Shown in pieces: positions 52,565-62,706 of a stretch of 64,000 nt of DNA. The first letter of the stretch is position 1; each line of letters opens with the position of its first letter. Origin of the DNA: a plasmid; assembly GCF_056746865.1 (NCBI RefSeq), contig NZ_JBWKMP010000004.1; one strand, written 5' to 3'. Both the position numbers and the translations under genes were made by a program. The notes below the pieces were generated by a model, which was given only the letters and a program-made list of their open reading frames with translations, was not told the DNA's origin and did no database searches.

Positions 52565-53140
52565 GCTGCCCTGATTATTGTCTGTTTTGTTGTTCTCCTG
52601 CTTATGCCTTTTCCGGGCGTCCCCCTGGCGGGGCGGGCTGTCGTGAACGGAGCCAGCGAAGCTGTCTCCGCCCTGGCGGGCTTCCATCCCTGACGCAAAA
52701 ACCCGGGTTTGCAGCGACCGGAACGGTCGCGCCACCCTTGTCGCGCCGTGGCCTGCGCTCCCGGCATCCCGGCAAAAGACGCCGGGATGTAAGGAGCAAC
52801 GCCGTTTCGCAAACCGCGCTTCACGTCGTTGCGGCGGGTCCCTGCCCGTTGTTCTGTCCGGTGCCATTCACCTGTTTAAGCCCCTGTCGCCGGGGGCATA
52901 GACAGCCACAACCTGCCGCACTGACTGTCCAGGGTAAATGAACAGCCCACAAAATTTTTTACCCAAAACCCGGTAAAAAATTTTGCGTTCTGCCCAGGAC
53001 AGGTGCGTCAGGCCGTGGCAGTGATGCCCCTTGCGGCGAAGGTTCTCAAACAGGTGATGGTGAATACCGGAGGGAACAAAAGGCAGGTCCCCGCAAAACG
53101 TCAAAACCGCGGCTCCCGAAACTCAACAGATGATGGGGGC
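52565..53140 (+). repeat. Frpo/ssi-like leading-region repeat, copy 3
   Basis: near-identical to 47090-47650. Confidence 0.7.
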
Positions 53141-53166
53141 TGAAAACATCAGATACAGGAGGAATT

Positions 53167-53463
53167 ATGAGCGCATTTTCTTTTAACACCACTTATCAGC
53201 CAACAGGCGATCAGCAGAAAGACGCAATCGCACAAATCGGGATCATGCAGAATCGTGCTGTTCAGGCAAATCTTGCATATCAGAGCTGCCGGGATTCTGG
53301 TGCACTCTTTAAGGTGCTCCACCAGGTCAATAATGAGCTGCATGACTTACTGGATAGCCTGGAGAATCATACTCCTCTTGTCAGAAAAAACGCTGATGAG
53401 TTGATCGCGCTGTTACTGCTTTTCACTCGGCAGGTTGGTCAGTCCCGAACTGACCTGATTTGA
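53167..53463 (+). CDS. hypothetical protein (98 aa)
   Basis: ORF with AGGAGGA RBS 7 nt upstream. Confidence 0.55.
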   Translation: MSAFSFNTTYQPTGDQQKDAIAQIGIMQNRAVQANLAYQSCRDSGALFKVLHQVNNELHDLLDSLENHTPLVRKNADELIALLLLFTRQVGQSRTDLI

Positions 53464-53573
53464 TGGTCCTTCCCCTCGGAATTGTTGTCTTTTTGTTAAC
53501 GATAACCGAGGGGGGATGATATTAAGCGAAAAAACTTTTATTAATTTTATGCCTTCATAAAGGAGTTACTGTT

Positions 53574-54395
53574 ATGCGATTAGCTTCCCGTTTTGGTCGA
53601 TATAATTCTATTCGCCGTGAGCGCCCGTTAACGGATGACGAATTAATGCAGTTTGTTCCATCTGTCTTTTCTGGTGATAAACATGAATCCCGGAGTGAGC
53701 GTTATACATATATCCCAACCATCAATATCATCAATAAGTTACGTGATGAAGGTTTCCAGCCATTCTTTGCCTGTCAGAGTCGGGTTCGTGATTTGGGACG
53801 CCGCGAATACAGTAAACATATGTTACGTCTTCGCAGGGAAGGGCATATTAACGGGAAAGAAGTTCCTGAAATTATCCTGCTTAATTCACATGATGGTTCA
53901 TCCAGTTATCAGATGATCCCAGGAATTTTTCGTTTTGTCTGCACAAATGGCCTGGTGTGTGGGAATAATTTTGGCGAAATCCGCGTTCCACATAAAGGTG
54001 ATATTGTCGGGCAGGTTATTGAGGGAGCGTATGAAGTGCTCGGTGTCTTTGATAAAGTCACTGAAAATATGGAGACAATGAAAGAGATACATCTTAACAG
54101 TGACGAACAACATTTATTTGGCAGAGCTGCATTGATGGCCAGGTACGAAGATGAAAATAAAACGCCAGTGACGCCAGAACAAATAATTACTCCCCGCCGT
54201 TGGGAGGATAAACAGAACGATCTCTGGACAACCTGGCAGCGGGTTCAGGAGAATATGATAAAAGGTGGATTATCGGGGCGAAGTGCCTCCGGTAAAAATA
54301 CCAGAACAAGAGCCATTACAGGCATTGACGGTGATATCCGAATCAACAAAGCATTATGGATGATTGCCGAACAGTTCAGGGAGTGGAAGTCATGA
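53574..54395 (+). CDS. hypothetical leading-region protein (273 aa)
   Basis: ORF with AGGAG RBS; conserved neighbour of oriT in F-like plasmids from memory. Confidence 0.6.
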   Translation: MRLASRFGRYNSIRRERPLTDDELMQFVPSVFSGDKHESRSERYTYIPTINIINKLRDEGFQPFFACQSRVRDLGRREYSKHMLRLRREGHINGKEVPEIILLNSHDGSSSYQMIPGIFRFVCTNGLVCGNNFGEIRVPHKGDIVGQVIEGAYEVLGVFDKVTENMETMKEIHLNSDEQHLFGRAALMARYEDENKTPVTPEQIITPRRWEDKQNDLWTTWQRVQENMIKGGLSGRSASGKNTRTRAITGIDGDIRINKALWMIAEQFREWKS

Positions 54396-54691
54396 TAATA
54401 TAAGTAAAGCCCCGAAAAATTTTTCGGGGCTTTACTTATATTATCATCCTGCGGCATTGCTGTGTCGTCTGATATGCCTCAATTTCATCAACTGGCTTTT
54501 CGGTAGTCTGTAAATATTGTGCCCGCGAAAAATGGTCTGGCAGGAGGCTGCGCAGTTACCGGATATATATAAGATGGGATCCCGCTTTGCGGGGCTTCGG
54601 CCAGTCAGCATTATCACTCATATGATATTTTTGTGTGTGGCCTTCCATGCCGCTGTCGCGGCATAACCGGTATTTGACAATGTATACAATA

Positions 54692-55201
54692 TTAATTTTT
54701 CTGCACACTGTTAATTTGGGAAAGTGATTTCTTCGTGGTCGGAACCCGGATGCCTTTACTGCTCTTTATCCAGGTATAAATCCGGTAAACCTCTGATGCG
54801 TAGGCAAGACGTCTCTGGTTCTGGCGTTCGGTCTTCCTGAATCCGGCATTGTATGCACCAACGGCCTCCCAGGAGACGCCCCATTTTTTAAAGGCTATTG
54901 CCAGATAATAAGCACCGGTATAAATGTTCATACAGGGATCTGTTGTCAGATGTTCCGGCTTAATTCCATAGCGGGCCAGTTCGTTAAAATGCTGGGAATC
55001 TACCTGCATCAGTCCGCTGCCATATCCCGTTACCGGATTAATACCGATGGCATTAACCCGGTAACGGGATTCTTTCCATGATATCGCTCTCAGTAAATCC
55101 GGGTCTATTTTGTAATCCCGACCTGCAAGATCAAAGCAATCGGCGGCTTCGCAGATCCCATTTATAAACATCAGGCAGATTGCTAACATCCATTTTTTCA
55201 T
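54692..55201 (-). CDS. lytic transglycosylase (F orf169-like)
   Basis: 169-aa with signal peptide [19 protein letters not shown]; track ORF extends spuriously upstream across oriT. Confidence 0.8.
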   Translation of the reverse strand: MKKWMLAICLMFINGICEAADCFDLAGRDYKIDPDLLRAISWKESRYRVNAIGINPVTGYGSGLMQVDSQHFNELARYGIKPEHLTTDPCMNIYTGAYYLAIAFKKWGVSWEAVGAYNAGFRKTERQNQRRLAYASEVYRIYTWIKSSKGIRVPTTKKSLSQINSVQKN

Positions 55202-55239
55202 TTTTCCACCTCTGGTGACTTTATCCGTAAATAATTTAA

Positions 55240-55560
55240 CCCACTCCACAAAAAGGCTCAACAGGTTGGTGGTTCTCACCACCAAAAGCACCACACCCCA
55301 CGCAAAAACAAGTTTTTGCTGATTTGCTTTTTGAATCATTAGCTTATGTTTTAAATAATGTATTTTAATTTATTTTACATTATTAAATAGGGGCGTTGAC
55401 GACCCTATGGCGACCCTATGGCGACCCTTGTTAGGGTCAGTACTGACAAATTTTATGAAAAACATTTGGATATATTAGGGCCGCCCCTAGCAGCGCCGTG
55501 CGTTTTTTTATAGTATGCCCCTAGGGGCGCTGCTAGGGGTGCTCTTCTTTTTTCAGACCA
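55240..55560. promoter_or_regulatory. oriT: oriT region (nic region and TraM/TraY binding repeats)
   Basis: GGTGTGGTGCTTTTGGTGGTGAGAACCACCAACC-like nic region on reverse complement near 55255-55300; direct repeats GACCCTATGGC x2 and palindrome CCCCTAGCAGCGC...GCGCTGCTAGGGG at 55400-55540; upstream of traM. Confidence 0.65.
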
Positions 55561-55615
55561 AACTATGAGTAAATGAAATAAAACACTTGTTTCAGAATAT
55601 AAAAGGTACTGTCTT

Positions 55616-55999
55616 ATGGCCAGAGTAAATCTGTATATCAGTAATGAGGTTCATGAAAAAATTAACATGATTGTTGAAAAGCGTCGTCAGGAGGGAGCAA
55701 GAGATAAAGATATAAGCCTTTCAGGAACTGCTTCAATGCTTCTTGAATTGGGGCTTCGCGTATATGATGCACAGATGGAGCGTAAAGAGTCTGCGTTTAA
55801 CCAGACAGAGTTTAATAAACTTCTTCTTGAATGTGTTGTAAAAACACAGTCAACGGTGGCAAAGATTTTAGGTATTGAGTCTCTCAGTCCTCATGTCTCC
55901 GGAAACCCGAAGTTTGAATATGCCAGTATGGTTGACGATATCAGAGAGAAAGTGTCTGTTGAGATGGACCGGTTTTTTCCAAAAAATGATGATGAATAA
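55616..55999 (+). CDS. traM: relaxosome protein TraM
   Basis: 127-aa MARVNLYISNEVHEKINMIVEKRRQEGARDKDISLSG... Confidence 0.9.
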   Translation: MARVNLYISNEVHEKINMIVEKRRQEGARDKDISLSGTASMLLELGLRVYDAQMERKESAFNQTEFNKLLLECVVKTQSTVAKILGIESLSPHVSGNPKFEYASMVDDIREKVSVEMDRFFPKNDDE

Positions 56000-56189
56000 A
56001 TGAAAATGAAGTTTGAGTTGGTTCAAATATAAGAATTTTTATGATTCAAAAAGATGACAATACGTCAGATAATTAGTATATTAATTACGTGGTTAATGCC
56101 ACGTTAAAAATTGAAACTGAAAATCGCCGATGCAGGGAGGTCTGAACTCCCTGCATCGACTGTCCATAGAATCCTTAACGGAGGTTCCT

Positions 56190-56876
56190 ATGTGTGCGCT
56201 GGATCGTAGAGAAAGGCCACTTAACAGTCAATCTGTAAATAAGTACATCCTTAACGTTCAGAATATCTACAGAAATTCTCCCGTTCCGGTTTGTGTCCGT
56301 AACAAAAACCGGAAAATCCTTTATGCCAATGGGGCTTTTATTGAACTCTTTTCCAGAGAAGATAAACCCTTATCCGGAGAGAGTTATATACGTCTGCAGG
56401 TTGAAATTTTTCTTTCATCACTTGAACTGGAATGCCAGGCTCTTGGACATGGCTCTGCATTTTGTCGTCGTTTTAATTTTCATGGCGAAATCTATCAGAT
56501 AAGGATGGAGAATGTTTCTTTTTATAATGACGAATCTGTTGTTTTATGGCAAATTAATCCGTTTCCTGATTATCCATTTTTTGCGTTAAGTCAGAGTGGA
56601 AGTAATACAAATACTTCTGATAAATTAACGATATGGAATGATCTTTCCCCCGGGACATTGCTTGTTTTCTCTTTTTATATGCTGGGTGTTGGTCATGCAA
56701 CAATTGCCAGAGAATTGGGTATTACAGACAGAGCATCTGAGGATCGAATTAAACCAGTTAAACGGAAAATAAAAGAATTTTTTGAACACTTTGATTTATT
56801 CAGAGTGTCATGTATCTATAAAGGGAAAATAGATTTGCTATTAAATATAATTCGTGAATTTTATAGCGTTAAGTAA
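56190..56876 (+). CDS. traJ: transfer activator TraJ
   Basis: track ORF 56130-56876; probable start at MCALDRR (56190); position between traM and traY. Confidence 0.75.
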   Translation: MCALDRRERPLNSQSVNKYILNVQNIYRNSPVPVCVRNKNRKILYANGAFIELFSREDKPLSGESYIRLQVEIFLSSLELECQALGHGSAFCRRFNFHGEIYQIRMENVSFYNDESVVLWQINPFPDYPFFALSQSGSNTNTSDKLTIWNDLSPGTLLVFSFYMLGVGHATIARELGITDRASEDRIKPVKRKIKEFFEHFDLFRVSCIYKGKIDLLLNIIREFYSVK

Positions 56877-56969
56877 ATGTTAAATAAGGCACGCCAATTT
56901 TGGCGTGTTTTTTTTCGTCGGTTTCTGTGCAATCATAATTTTATTAGTCGGGAAACAGAGGTGAATTGA

Positions 56970-57197
56970 GTGAGGAGGCGTAACGCGAGAGGCGGTATAA
57001 GCAGAACAGTCTCGGTGTATCTCGATGAAGATACAAATAACCGACTTATTAAGGCCAAAGATCGTAGTGGAAGAAGTAAAACGATAGAAGTCCAGATCCG
57101 TCTCAGAGATCATCTGAAACGATTTCCTGATTTCTATAACGAAGAAATATTCAGGGAGGTGACCGAAGAGAGCGAGTCAACATTTAAAGAACTTTAG
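56970..57197 (+). CDS. traY: relaxosome accessory protein TraY
   Basis: GTG-start 75-aa ORF with ribbon-helix-helix-like basic N-terminus. Confidence 0.8.
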   Translation: MRRRNARGGISRTVSVYLDEDTNNRLIKAKDRSGRSKTIEVQIRLRDHLKRFPDFYNEEIFREVTEESESTFKEL

Positions 57198-57230
57198 TTT
57201 TTATCTATCAATATTAAACAGAGGAATCAT

Positions 57231-57596
57231 ATGGACGCCGTTTTAAGTGTTCAGGGTGCTTCTGCGCCCGTCAAAAAGAAGTCGTTTTTTTCCAAATTCA
57301 CTCGTCTGAATATGCTTCGCCTGGCTCGCGCTGTGATCCCGGCTGCTGTTCTGATGATGTTCTTCCCGCAACTGGCGATGGCCGCTAGCAGCAGTGGTCA
57401 GGACCTGATGGCAAGTGGTAACAACACGGTTAAGGCGACCTTCGGTAAGGACTCCAGTATTGTTAAATGGGTTGTTCTGGCTGAAGTTCTGGTCGGTGCG
57501 GTCATGTACATGATGACCAAAAACGTCAAGTTCCTGGCCGGTTTCGCCATCATCTCTGTATTTATTGCTGTGGGTATGGCCGTCGTTGGCCTCTGA
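57231..57596 (+). CDS. traA: propilin TraA
   Basis: 121-aa [35 protein letters not shown]... F-pilin precursor. Confidence 0.9.
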
Positions 57597-57610
57597 CAGG
57601 AAATAAAACG

Positions 57611-57922
57611 ATGTCGGGAGACGAGAATAAACTTAAGAAATATCGTTTCCCGGAAACACTGACCAACCAGAGCCGCTGGTTTGGCCTGCCACTGGATGAA
57701 CTGATCCCCGCAGCAATCTGTATTGGCTGGGGTATCACAACATCGAAATATCTGTTCGGTATTGGTGCAGCGGTTCTGGTTTATTTCGGGATTAAAAAAC
57801 TGAAAAAAGGGCGGGGCAGTTCCTGGTTACGTGACCTGATTTACTGGTATATGCCAACAGCCCTGCTGCGCGGTATTTTTCATAATGTTCCCGATTCGTG
57901 TTTCCGGCAGTGGATTAAATAG
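57611..57922 (+). CDS. traL: TraL
   Basis: [41 protein letters not shown]... Confidence 0.85.
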
Positions 57923-57943
57923 AACTGATACCAGGATTGTTAT

Positions 57944-58510
57944 ATGGAACACGGTGCCCGTTTAAGTACCAGTCGTGTAATGGCCATCGCCTTTATATTT
58001 ATGTCAGTGCTTATTGTTCTCAGCCTCTCTGTTAACGTCATTCAGGGGGTGAATAACTACCGTCTTCAGAATGAGCAACGCACTGCCGTGACGCCAATGG
58101 CATTTAATGCCCCCTTTGCCGTGTCACAGAACAGTGCCGACGCCTCTTATTTACAGCAGATGGCGCTGTCATTTATTGCCCTCCGTCTGAATGTTTCATC
58201 AGAAACCGTCGACGCCTCACATCAGGCGCTTCTGCAATATATCCGCCCGGGCGCACAGAACCAGATGAAAGTTATTCTGGCTGAAGAAGCGAAGCGTATT
58301 AAAACCGATAACGTGAACTCAGCCTTTTTCCAGACCAGTGTTCGTGTCTGGCCTCAGTATGGCCGTGTGGAAATTCGTGGTGTGCTTAAAACCTGGATTG
58401 GTGATTCAAAACCTTTCACTGATATCAAACATTACATCCTTATTCTGAAGCGGGAAAACGGGGTGACCTGGCTGGATAATTTCGGGGAAACAGACGATGA
58501 GAAAAAATAA
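57944..58510 (+). CDS. traE: TraE
   Basis: 188-aa ORF in conserved tra order. Confidence 0.88.
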   Translation: MEHGARLSTSRVMAIAFIFMSVLIVLSLSVNVIQGVNNYRLQNEQRTAVTPMAFNAPFAVSQNSADASYLQQMALSFIALRLNVSSETVDASHQALLQYIRPGAQNQMKVILAEEAKRIKTDNVNSAFFQTSVRVWPQYGRVEIRGVLKTWIGDSKPFTDIKHYILILKRENGVTWLDNFGETDDEKK

Positions 58511-59225
58511 TACGGCAATAATATTCGGCAGCCTGTTTTTTTCCTGCAGCGTGATGGCCGCAAACGGTACGCTGGCCCCCACCGTGGTGCCAATGGTGAA
58601 CGGTGGTCAGGCCAGTATTGCCATCAGCAATACCAGCCCGAATCTGTTTACCGTTCCCGGTGACCGGATTATCGCCGTGAACAGTCTGGATGGTGCCCTG
58701 ACCAATAATGAGCAGACCGCCTCCGGCGGTGTGGTGGTGGCCACCGTCAACAAAAAGCCCTTTACGTTCATTCTGGAAACAGAACGTGGTCTGAATCTTT
58801 CCATTCAGGCCGTTCCCCGTGAAGGCGCGGGGCGTACCATTCAGCTGGTCAGTGACCTGCGCGGAACCGGAGAAGAAGCCGGTGCGTGGGAAACGTCCAC
58901 GCCTTACGAATCCCTGCTTGTGACCATCAGCCAGGCCGTCCGTGGCGGAAAATTACCCGCAGGCTGGTATCAGGTCCCGGTGACAAAGGAAACCCTGCAG
59001 GCCCCGGCGGGGCTGTCTTCAGTGGCAGATGCCGTATGGACGGGGAATCACCTGAAGATGGTCCGCTTTGCCGTGGAAAATAAAACGCTGTCTGCCCTGA
59101 ATATCCGGGAAAGTGATTTCTGGCAGCCGGGAACCCGTGCCGTGATGTTCAGCCAGCCTGCCAGCCAGTTACTGGCAGGTGCGCGCATGGATGTGTATGT
59201 CATCCGTGACGGGGAGGGCAACTGA
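58497..59225 (+). CDS. traK: TraK (secretin-like)
   Basis: 242-aa ORF with signal peptide. Confidence 0.88.
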   Translation: MRKNNTAIIFGSLFFSCSVMAANGTLAPTVVPMVNGGQASIAISNTSPNLFTVPGDRIIAVNSLDGALTNNEQTASGGVVVATVNKKPFTFILETERGLNLSIQAVPREGAGRTIQLVSDLRGTGEEAGAWETSTPYESLLVTISQAVRGGKLPAGWYQVPVTKETLQAPAGLSSVADAVWTGNHLKMVRFAVENKTLSALNIRESDFWQPGTRAVMFSQPASQLLAGARMDVYVIRDGEGN

Positions 59226-60652
59226 TGGCCAGTATCAATACCATTGTGAAACGCAAGCAGTACCTGTGGCTGGGGATTGTGGTTGTCGGTGCAGCCTCCG
59301 CGATTGGTGGTGCACTGTATCTGTCTGATGTGGACATGTCCGGTAACGGTGAGGCCGTGGCTGAACAGGAACCCGTGCCGGATATGACCGGTGTGGTGGA
59401 TACGACCTTTGATGACAAGGTGCGTCAGCATGCCACCACAGAGATGCAGGTGACGGCAGCGCAGATGCAGAAGCAGTATGAGGAAATCCGTCGCGAGCTG
59501 GATGTCCTGAACAAACAGCGCGGTGATGACCAGCGTCGTATTGAAAAGCTGGGACAGGATAATGCCGCCCTGGCAGAGCAGGTGAAAGCCCTGGGTGCTA
59601 ATCCCGTCACGGCGACCGGTGAGCCTGTACCGCAGATGCCTGCCTCACCGCCCGGCCCGGAAGGCGAACCACAGCCAGGAAACACCCCCGTATCCTTCCC
59701 GCCGCAGGGCAGCGTTGCTGTTCCACCGCCGACGGCGTTTTATCCCGGGAATGGTGTCACGCCACCACCACAGGTGACGTACCAGTCTGTGCCGGTGCCT
59801 AACCGGATACAGCGTAAGGTGTTTACCCGTAATGAGGGAAAACAGGGACCATCACTGCCGTACATTCCGTCAGGAAGTTTTGCGAAAGCCATGCTGATTG
59901 AAGGGGCGGATGCCAATGCGTCAGTCACCGGTAATGAATCCACGGTGCCGATGCAGCTGCGTATCACCGGTCTGGTGGAAATGCCGAACAGCAAAACGTA
60001 TGACGCAACGGGATGTTTTGTGGGGCTGGAAGCCTGGGGGGATGTGTCCAGTGAACGTGCCATTGTACGCACCCGCAATATCAGCTGCCTGAAGGACGGC
60101 AAAACCATTGATATGCCGATTAAGGGGCATGTCAGCTTCCGGGGTAAAAACGGTATCAAGGGCGAAGTGGTGATGCGTAACGGCAAAATCCTCGGCTGGG
60201 CATGGGGCGCGGGATTTGTTGACGGTATCGGTCAGGGAATGGAGCGCGCCTCCCAGCCGGCTGTCGGGCTGGGTGCCACAGCCGCTTACGGGGCTGGTGA
60301 TGTCCTGAAAATGGGTATCGGTGGCGGCGCATCGAAAGCCGCACAGACGCTCAGTGACTACTACATCAAACGTGCCGAACAGTATCACCCGGTGATACCG
60401 ATTGGTGCGGGCAACGAAGTGACCGTGGTGTTCCAGGACGGCTTCCAGCTGAAAACCGTGGAAGAGATGGCGCTGGAACGCACGCAGAGCAGAGCGGAAG
60501 AAGAGAATCAGGAAAGTCCGGTTCCTGTTCCGCCATCGGCTGAAAGTCATCTTAACGGCTTTAATACTGACCAGATGCTGAAGCAGCTGGGCAACCTGAA
60601 TCCGCAGCAGTTTATGTCCGGCAGCCAGGGAGGGGGCAACGATGGCAAATAA
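59225..60652 (+). CDS. traB: TraB (VirB10-like)
   Basis: 475-aa ORF with proline-rich region. Confidence 0.9.
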   Translation: MASINTIVKRKQYLWLGIVVVGAASAIGGALYLSDVDMSGNGEAVAEQEPVPDMTGVVDTTFDDKVRQHATTEMQVTAAQMQKQYEEIRRELDVLNKQRGDDQRRIEKLGQDNAALAEQVKALGANPVTATGEPVPQMPASPPGPEGEPQPGNTPVSFPPQGSVAVPPPTAFYPGNGVTPPPQVTYQSVPVPNRIQRKVFTRNEGKQGPSLPYIPSGSFAKAMLIEGADANASVTGNESTVPMQLRITGLVEMPNSKTYDATGCFVGLEAWGDVSSERAIVRTRNISCLKDGKTIDMPIKGHVSFRGKNGIKGEVVMRNGKILGWAWGAGFVDGIGQGMERASQPAVGLGATAAYGAGDVLKMGIGGGASKAAQTLSDYYIKRAEQYHPVIPIGAGNEVTVVFQDGFQLKTVEEMALERTQSRAEEENQESPVPVPPSAESHLNGFNTDQMLKQLGNLNPQQFMSGSQGGGNDGK

Positions 60653-61232
60653 TATGTCGTCCCGTCAGGCGTGCCATGCCGCCCGGTATGTTGTCGCCCG
60701 GGTTCTGCGAGGACTGTTCTGGTGTCTGAAGTACATCGTCATTCTGCCACTGGCCACAATGGCCCTGATGGCTCTGTTTGTTTTATGGAAGGACAACACC
60801 ACGCCGGGGAAATTACTGGTTAAGGAGATTAACTTCGTAAGACAAACAGCACCTGCCGGACAGTTCCCGGTCAGTGAATGCTGGTTTTCTTCCTCTGATT
60901 CTTCAGGCAGATCAGAAATACAGGATATCTGCCATTACCGCGCGGCTGATGCTGCAGATTATGTCAGGGAGACTGACCGGTCACTGATGCAACTGGTCAC
61001 CGCATTATGGGCAACACTGGCACTGATGTATGTCTCGCTGGCAGCGATCACCGGGAAATATCCGGTGCTGCCCGGAAAAATGAAATGTATCCGGGTGGTA
61101 ACCGCAGATGAATATCTGAAGGACGTTTATACGGAAGACGCTTCCCTGCCGGGAAAAATCAGGAAATGCCCTGTTTATCTTCCTGATGACAGAACAAACA
61201 GAAACAACGGAGATAAAAATGAACATGCGTAA
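60642..61232 (+). CDS. traP: TraP
   Basis: 196-aa membrane protein in conserved position. Confidence 0.8.
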   Translation: MANNMSSRQACHAARYVVARVLRGLFWCLKYIVILPLATMALMALFVLWKDNTTPGKLLVKEINFVRQTAPAGQFPVSECWFSSSDSSGRSEIQDICHYRAADAADYVRETDRSLMQLVTALWATLALMYVSLAAITGKYPVLPGKMKCIRVVTADEYLKDVYTEDASLPGKIRKCPVYLPDDRTNRNNGDKNEHA

Positions 61233-61416
61233 TATTAATGTTATTACAGCCCTCTCTGTGCCGGGTAAAACCGTGTCAGATGATTTTATGCATGCTGTTC
61301 TCAGTAACTGCGCCACAAGAATCGTACTTCCTGCACCGGAGAAATTCGGTTCTGAGTCATTGCCGGACAATTTTAATATGACTGCTGTCGGTGTGATGAA
61401 GAATTCAGAAATATAA
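61222..61416 (+). CDS. trbD: TrbD
   Basis: 64-aa MNMRNINVITALSVPGKTVSDDFMHAVLSNC...; start chosen within track ORF 61186-61416. Confidence 0.55.
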   Translation, partial: NMRNINVITALSVPGKTVSDDFMHAVLSNCATRIVLPAPEKFGSESLPDNFNMTAVGVMKNSEI

Positions 61417-61427
61417 GGAACCCTTCG

Positions 61428-61679
61428 ATGAATAAGCTGGTTTCTGATGGCAGCGTCAAAAAAATAAATTATCCGGTGCTGTATGAGTCCGGAATAACAC
61501 CTCCGTTATGTGAAGTCAGTGCACCAGAGCCTGATGCGGGTGGGAAACGCATTGTGGCATATGTTTATAAATCATCACGGAATACGGTTTTTGAAAATCC
61601 TGACATTGTAAAAACCTGTACGGTCAGGGATTTGAAGAATGATTTTGTGAACTGCGATGAGAAAGGTGAGGGACAGTGA
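61428..61679 (+). CDS. trbG: TrbG
   Basis: 83-aa ORF in conserved position. Confidence 0.65.
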   Translation: MNKLVSDGSVKKINYPVLYESGITPPLCEVSAPEPDAGGKRIVAYVYKSSRNTVFENPDIVKTCTVRDLKNDFVNCDEKGEGQ

Positions 61680-62191
61680 AACAGATTTCTTTATTTATTC
61701 CTCTGCTGGGGACCTTATTACTTTCCGGCTGTGCCGGAACCAGTACGGAATTTGAGTGTAACGCCACCACATCCGATACCTGTATGACGATGGAGCAGGC
61801 CAATGAGAAGGCCAAAAAACTGGAGCAGTCCTCAGAAGCAAAGCCGGTTGCGGCATCACTGCCGCGCCTGGCTGAAGGGAACTTCCGGACAATGCCGGTG
61901 CAGACCGTCACCGCGACCACTCCGTCCGGCAGCAGACCTGCGGTGACAGCACATCCGGAGCAGAAACTGCTGGCACCACGCCCGCTGTTTACCGCTGCCC
62001 GGGAAGTGAAAACGATTGTTCCGGTCAGTTCAGTTGCGCCGGTAACACCTCCCCGTCCGCTAAGAACGGGTGAGCAGACGGCTGCATTATGGATAGCGCC
62101 TTATATTGATAATCAGGATGTTTATCATCAGCCATCCAGCGTGTTTTTTGTTATTAAACCGTCTGCGTGGGGAAAACCACGTATTAATTAA
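61676..62191 (+). CDS. traV: lipoprotein TraV
   Basis: 171-aa with lipobox LLSGCAG. Confidence 0.85.
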   Translation: MKQISLFIPLLGTLLLSGCAGTSTEFECNATTSDTCMTMEQANEKAKKLEQSSEAKPVAASLPRLAEGNFRTMPVQTVTATTPSGSRPAVTAHPEQKLLAPRPLFTAAREVKTIVPVSSVAPVTPPRPLRTGEQTAALWIAPYIDNQDVYHQPSSVFFVIKPSAWGKPRIN

Positions 62192-62325
62192 CTGGCCCTG
62201 AAGTTGTATATCAGCCGGCAATGCCGGCGGGCTTTCTGTATTCAAAATCTGCCTGTAAAACGAGTGCCCTGTGCGTGAAAAGGGATGGGCGGTAGCGTGT
62301 CAGAACATGTCGGGAGGAATATTCC

Positions 62326-62547
62326 GTGAGTGATGAAGCCGATGAAGCATATTCAGTGACAGAACAACTGACCATGACAGGAATAAACCGGATACGCCAG
62401 AAAATAAATGCTCATGGTATTCCTGTTTATCTCTGTGAAGCATGCGGAAATCCTGTTCCGGAAGCCCGGCGGAAAATATTTCCCGGTGTGACGTTGTGCG
62501 TTGAATGTCAGGCGTATCAGGAAAGACAGAGAAAACATTATGCATAA
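62326..62547 (+). CDS. traR: TraR (DksA/TraR C4 zinc-finger family)
   Basis: 73-aa with CEACG...CVEC zinc finger. Confidence 0.85.
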   Translation: MSDEADEAYSVTEQLTMTGINRIRQKINAHGIPVYLCEACGNPVPEARRKIFPGVTLCVECQAYQERQRKHYA

Positions 62548-62706
62548 GTCAGTCGCAGAACATAGTGATTTAACTCCGGATGAACATGAGTGGATATTCA
62601 GAAAACAGAAATCTTTGTATATGCGCCGGGAAATGGCGCGTTAATTACAGGTATTCCCTTCATGGCTACCGCATTTCTCGCTTTATTTTTCAACTAAGGA
62701 ATTCAT

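Noticed and set aside
59921-60550. 209-aa minus-strand ORF inside traB
   Set aside because: Antisense to traB in the conserved tra operon
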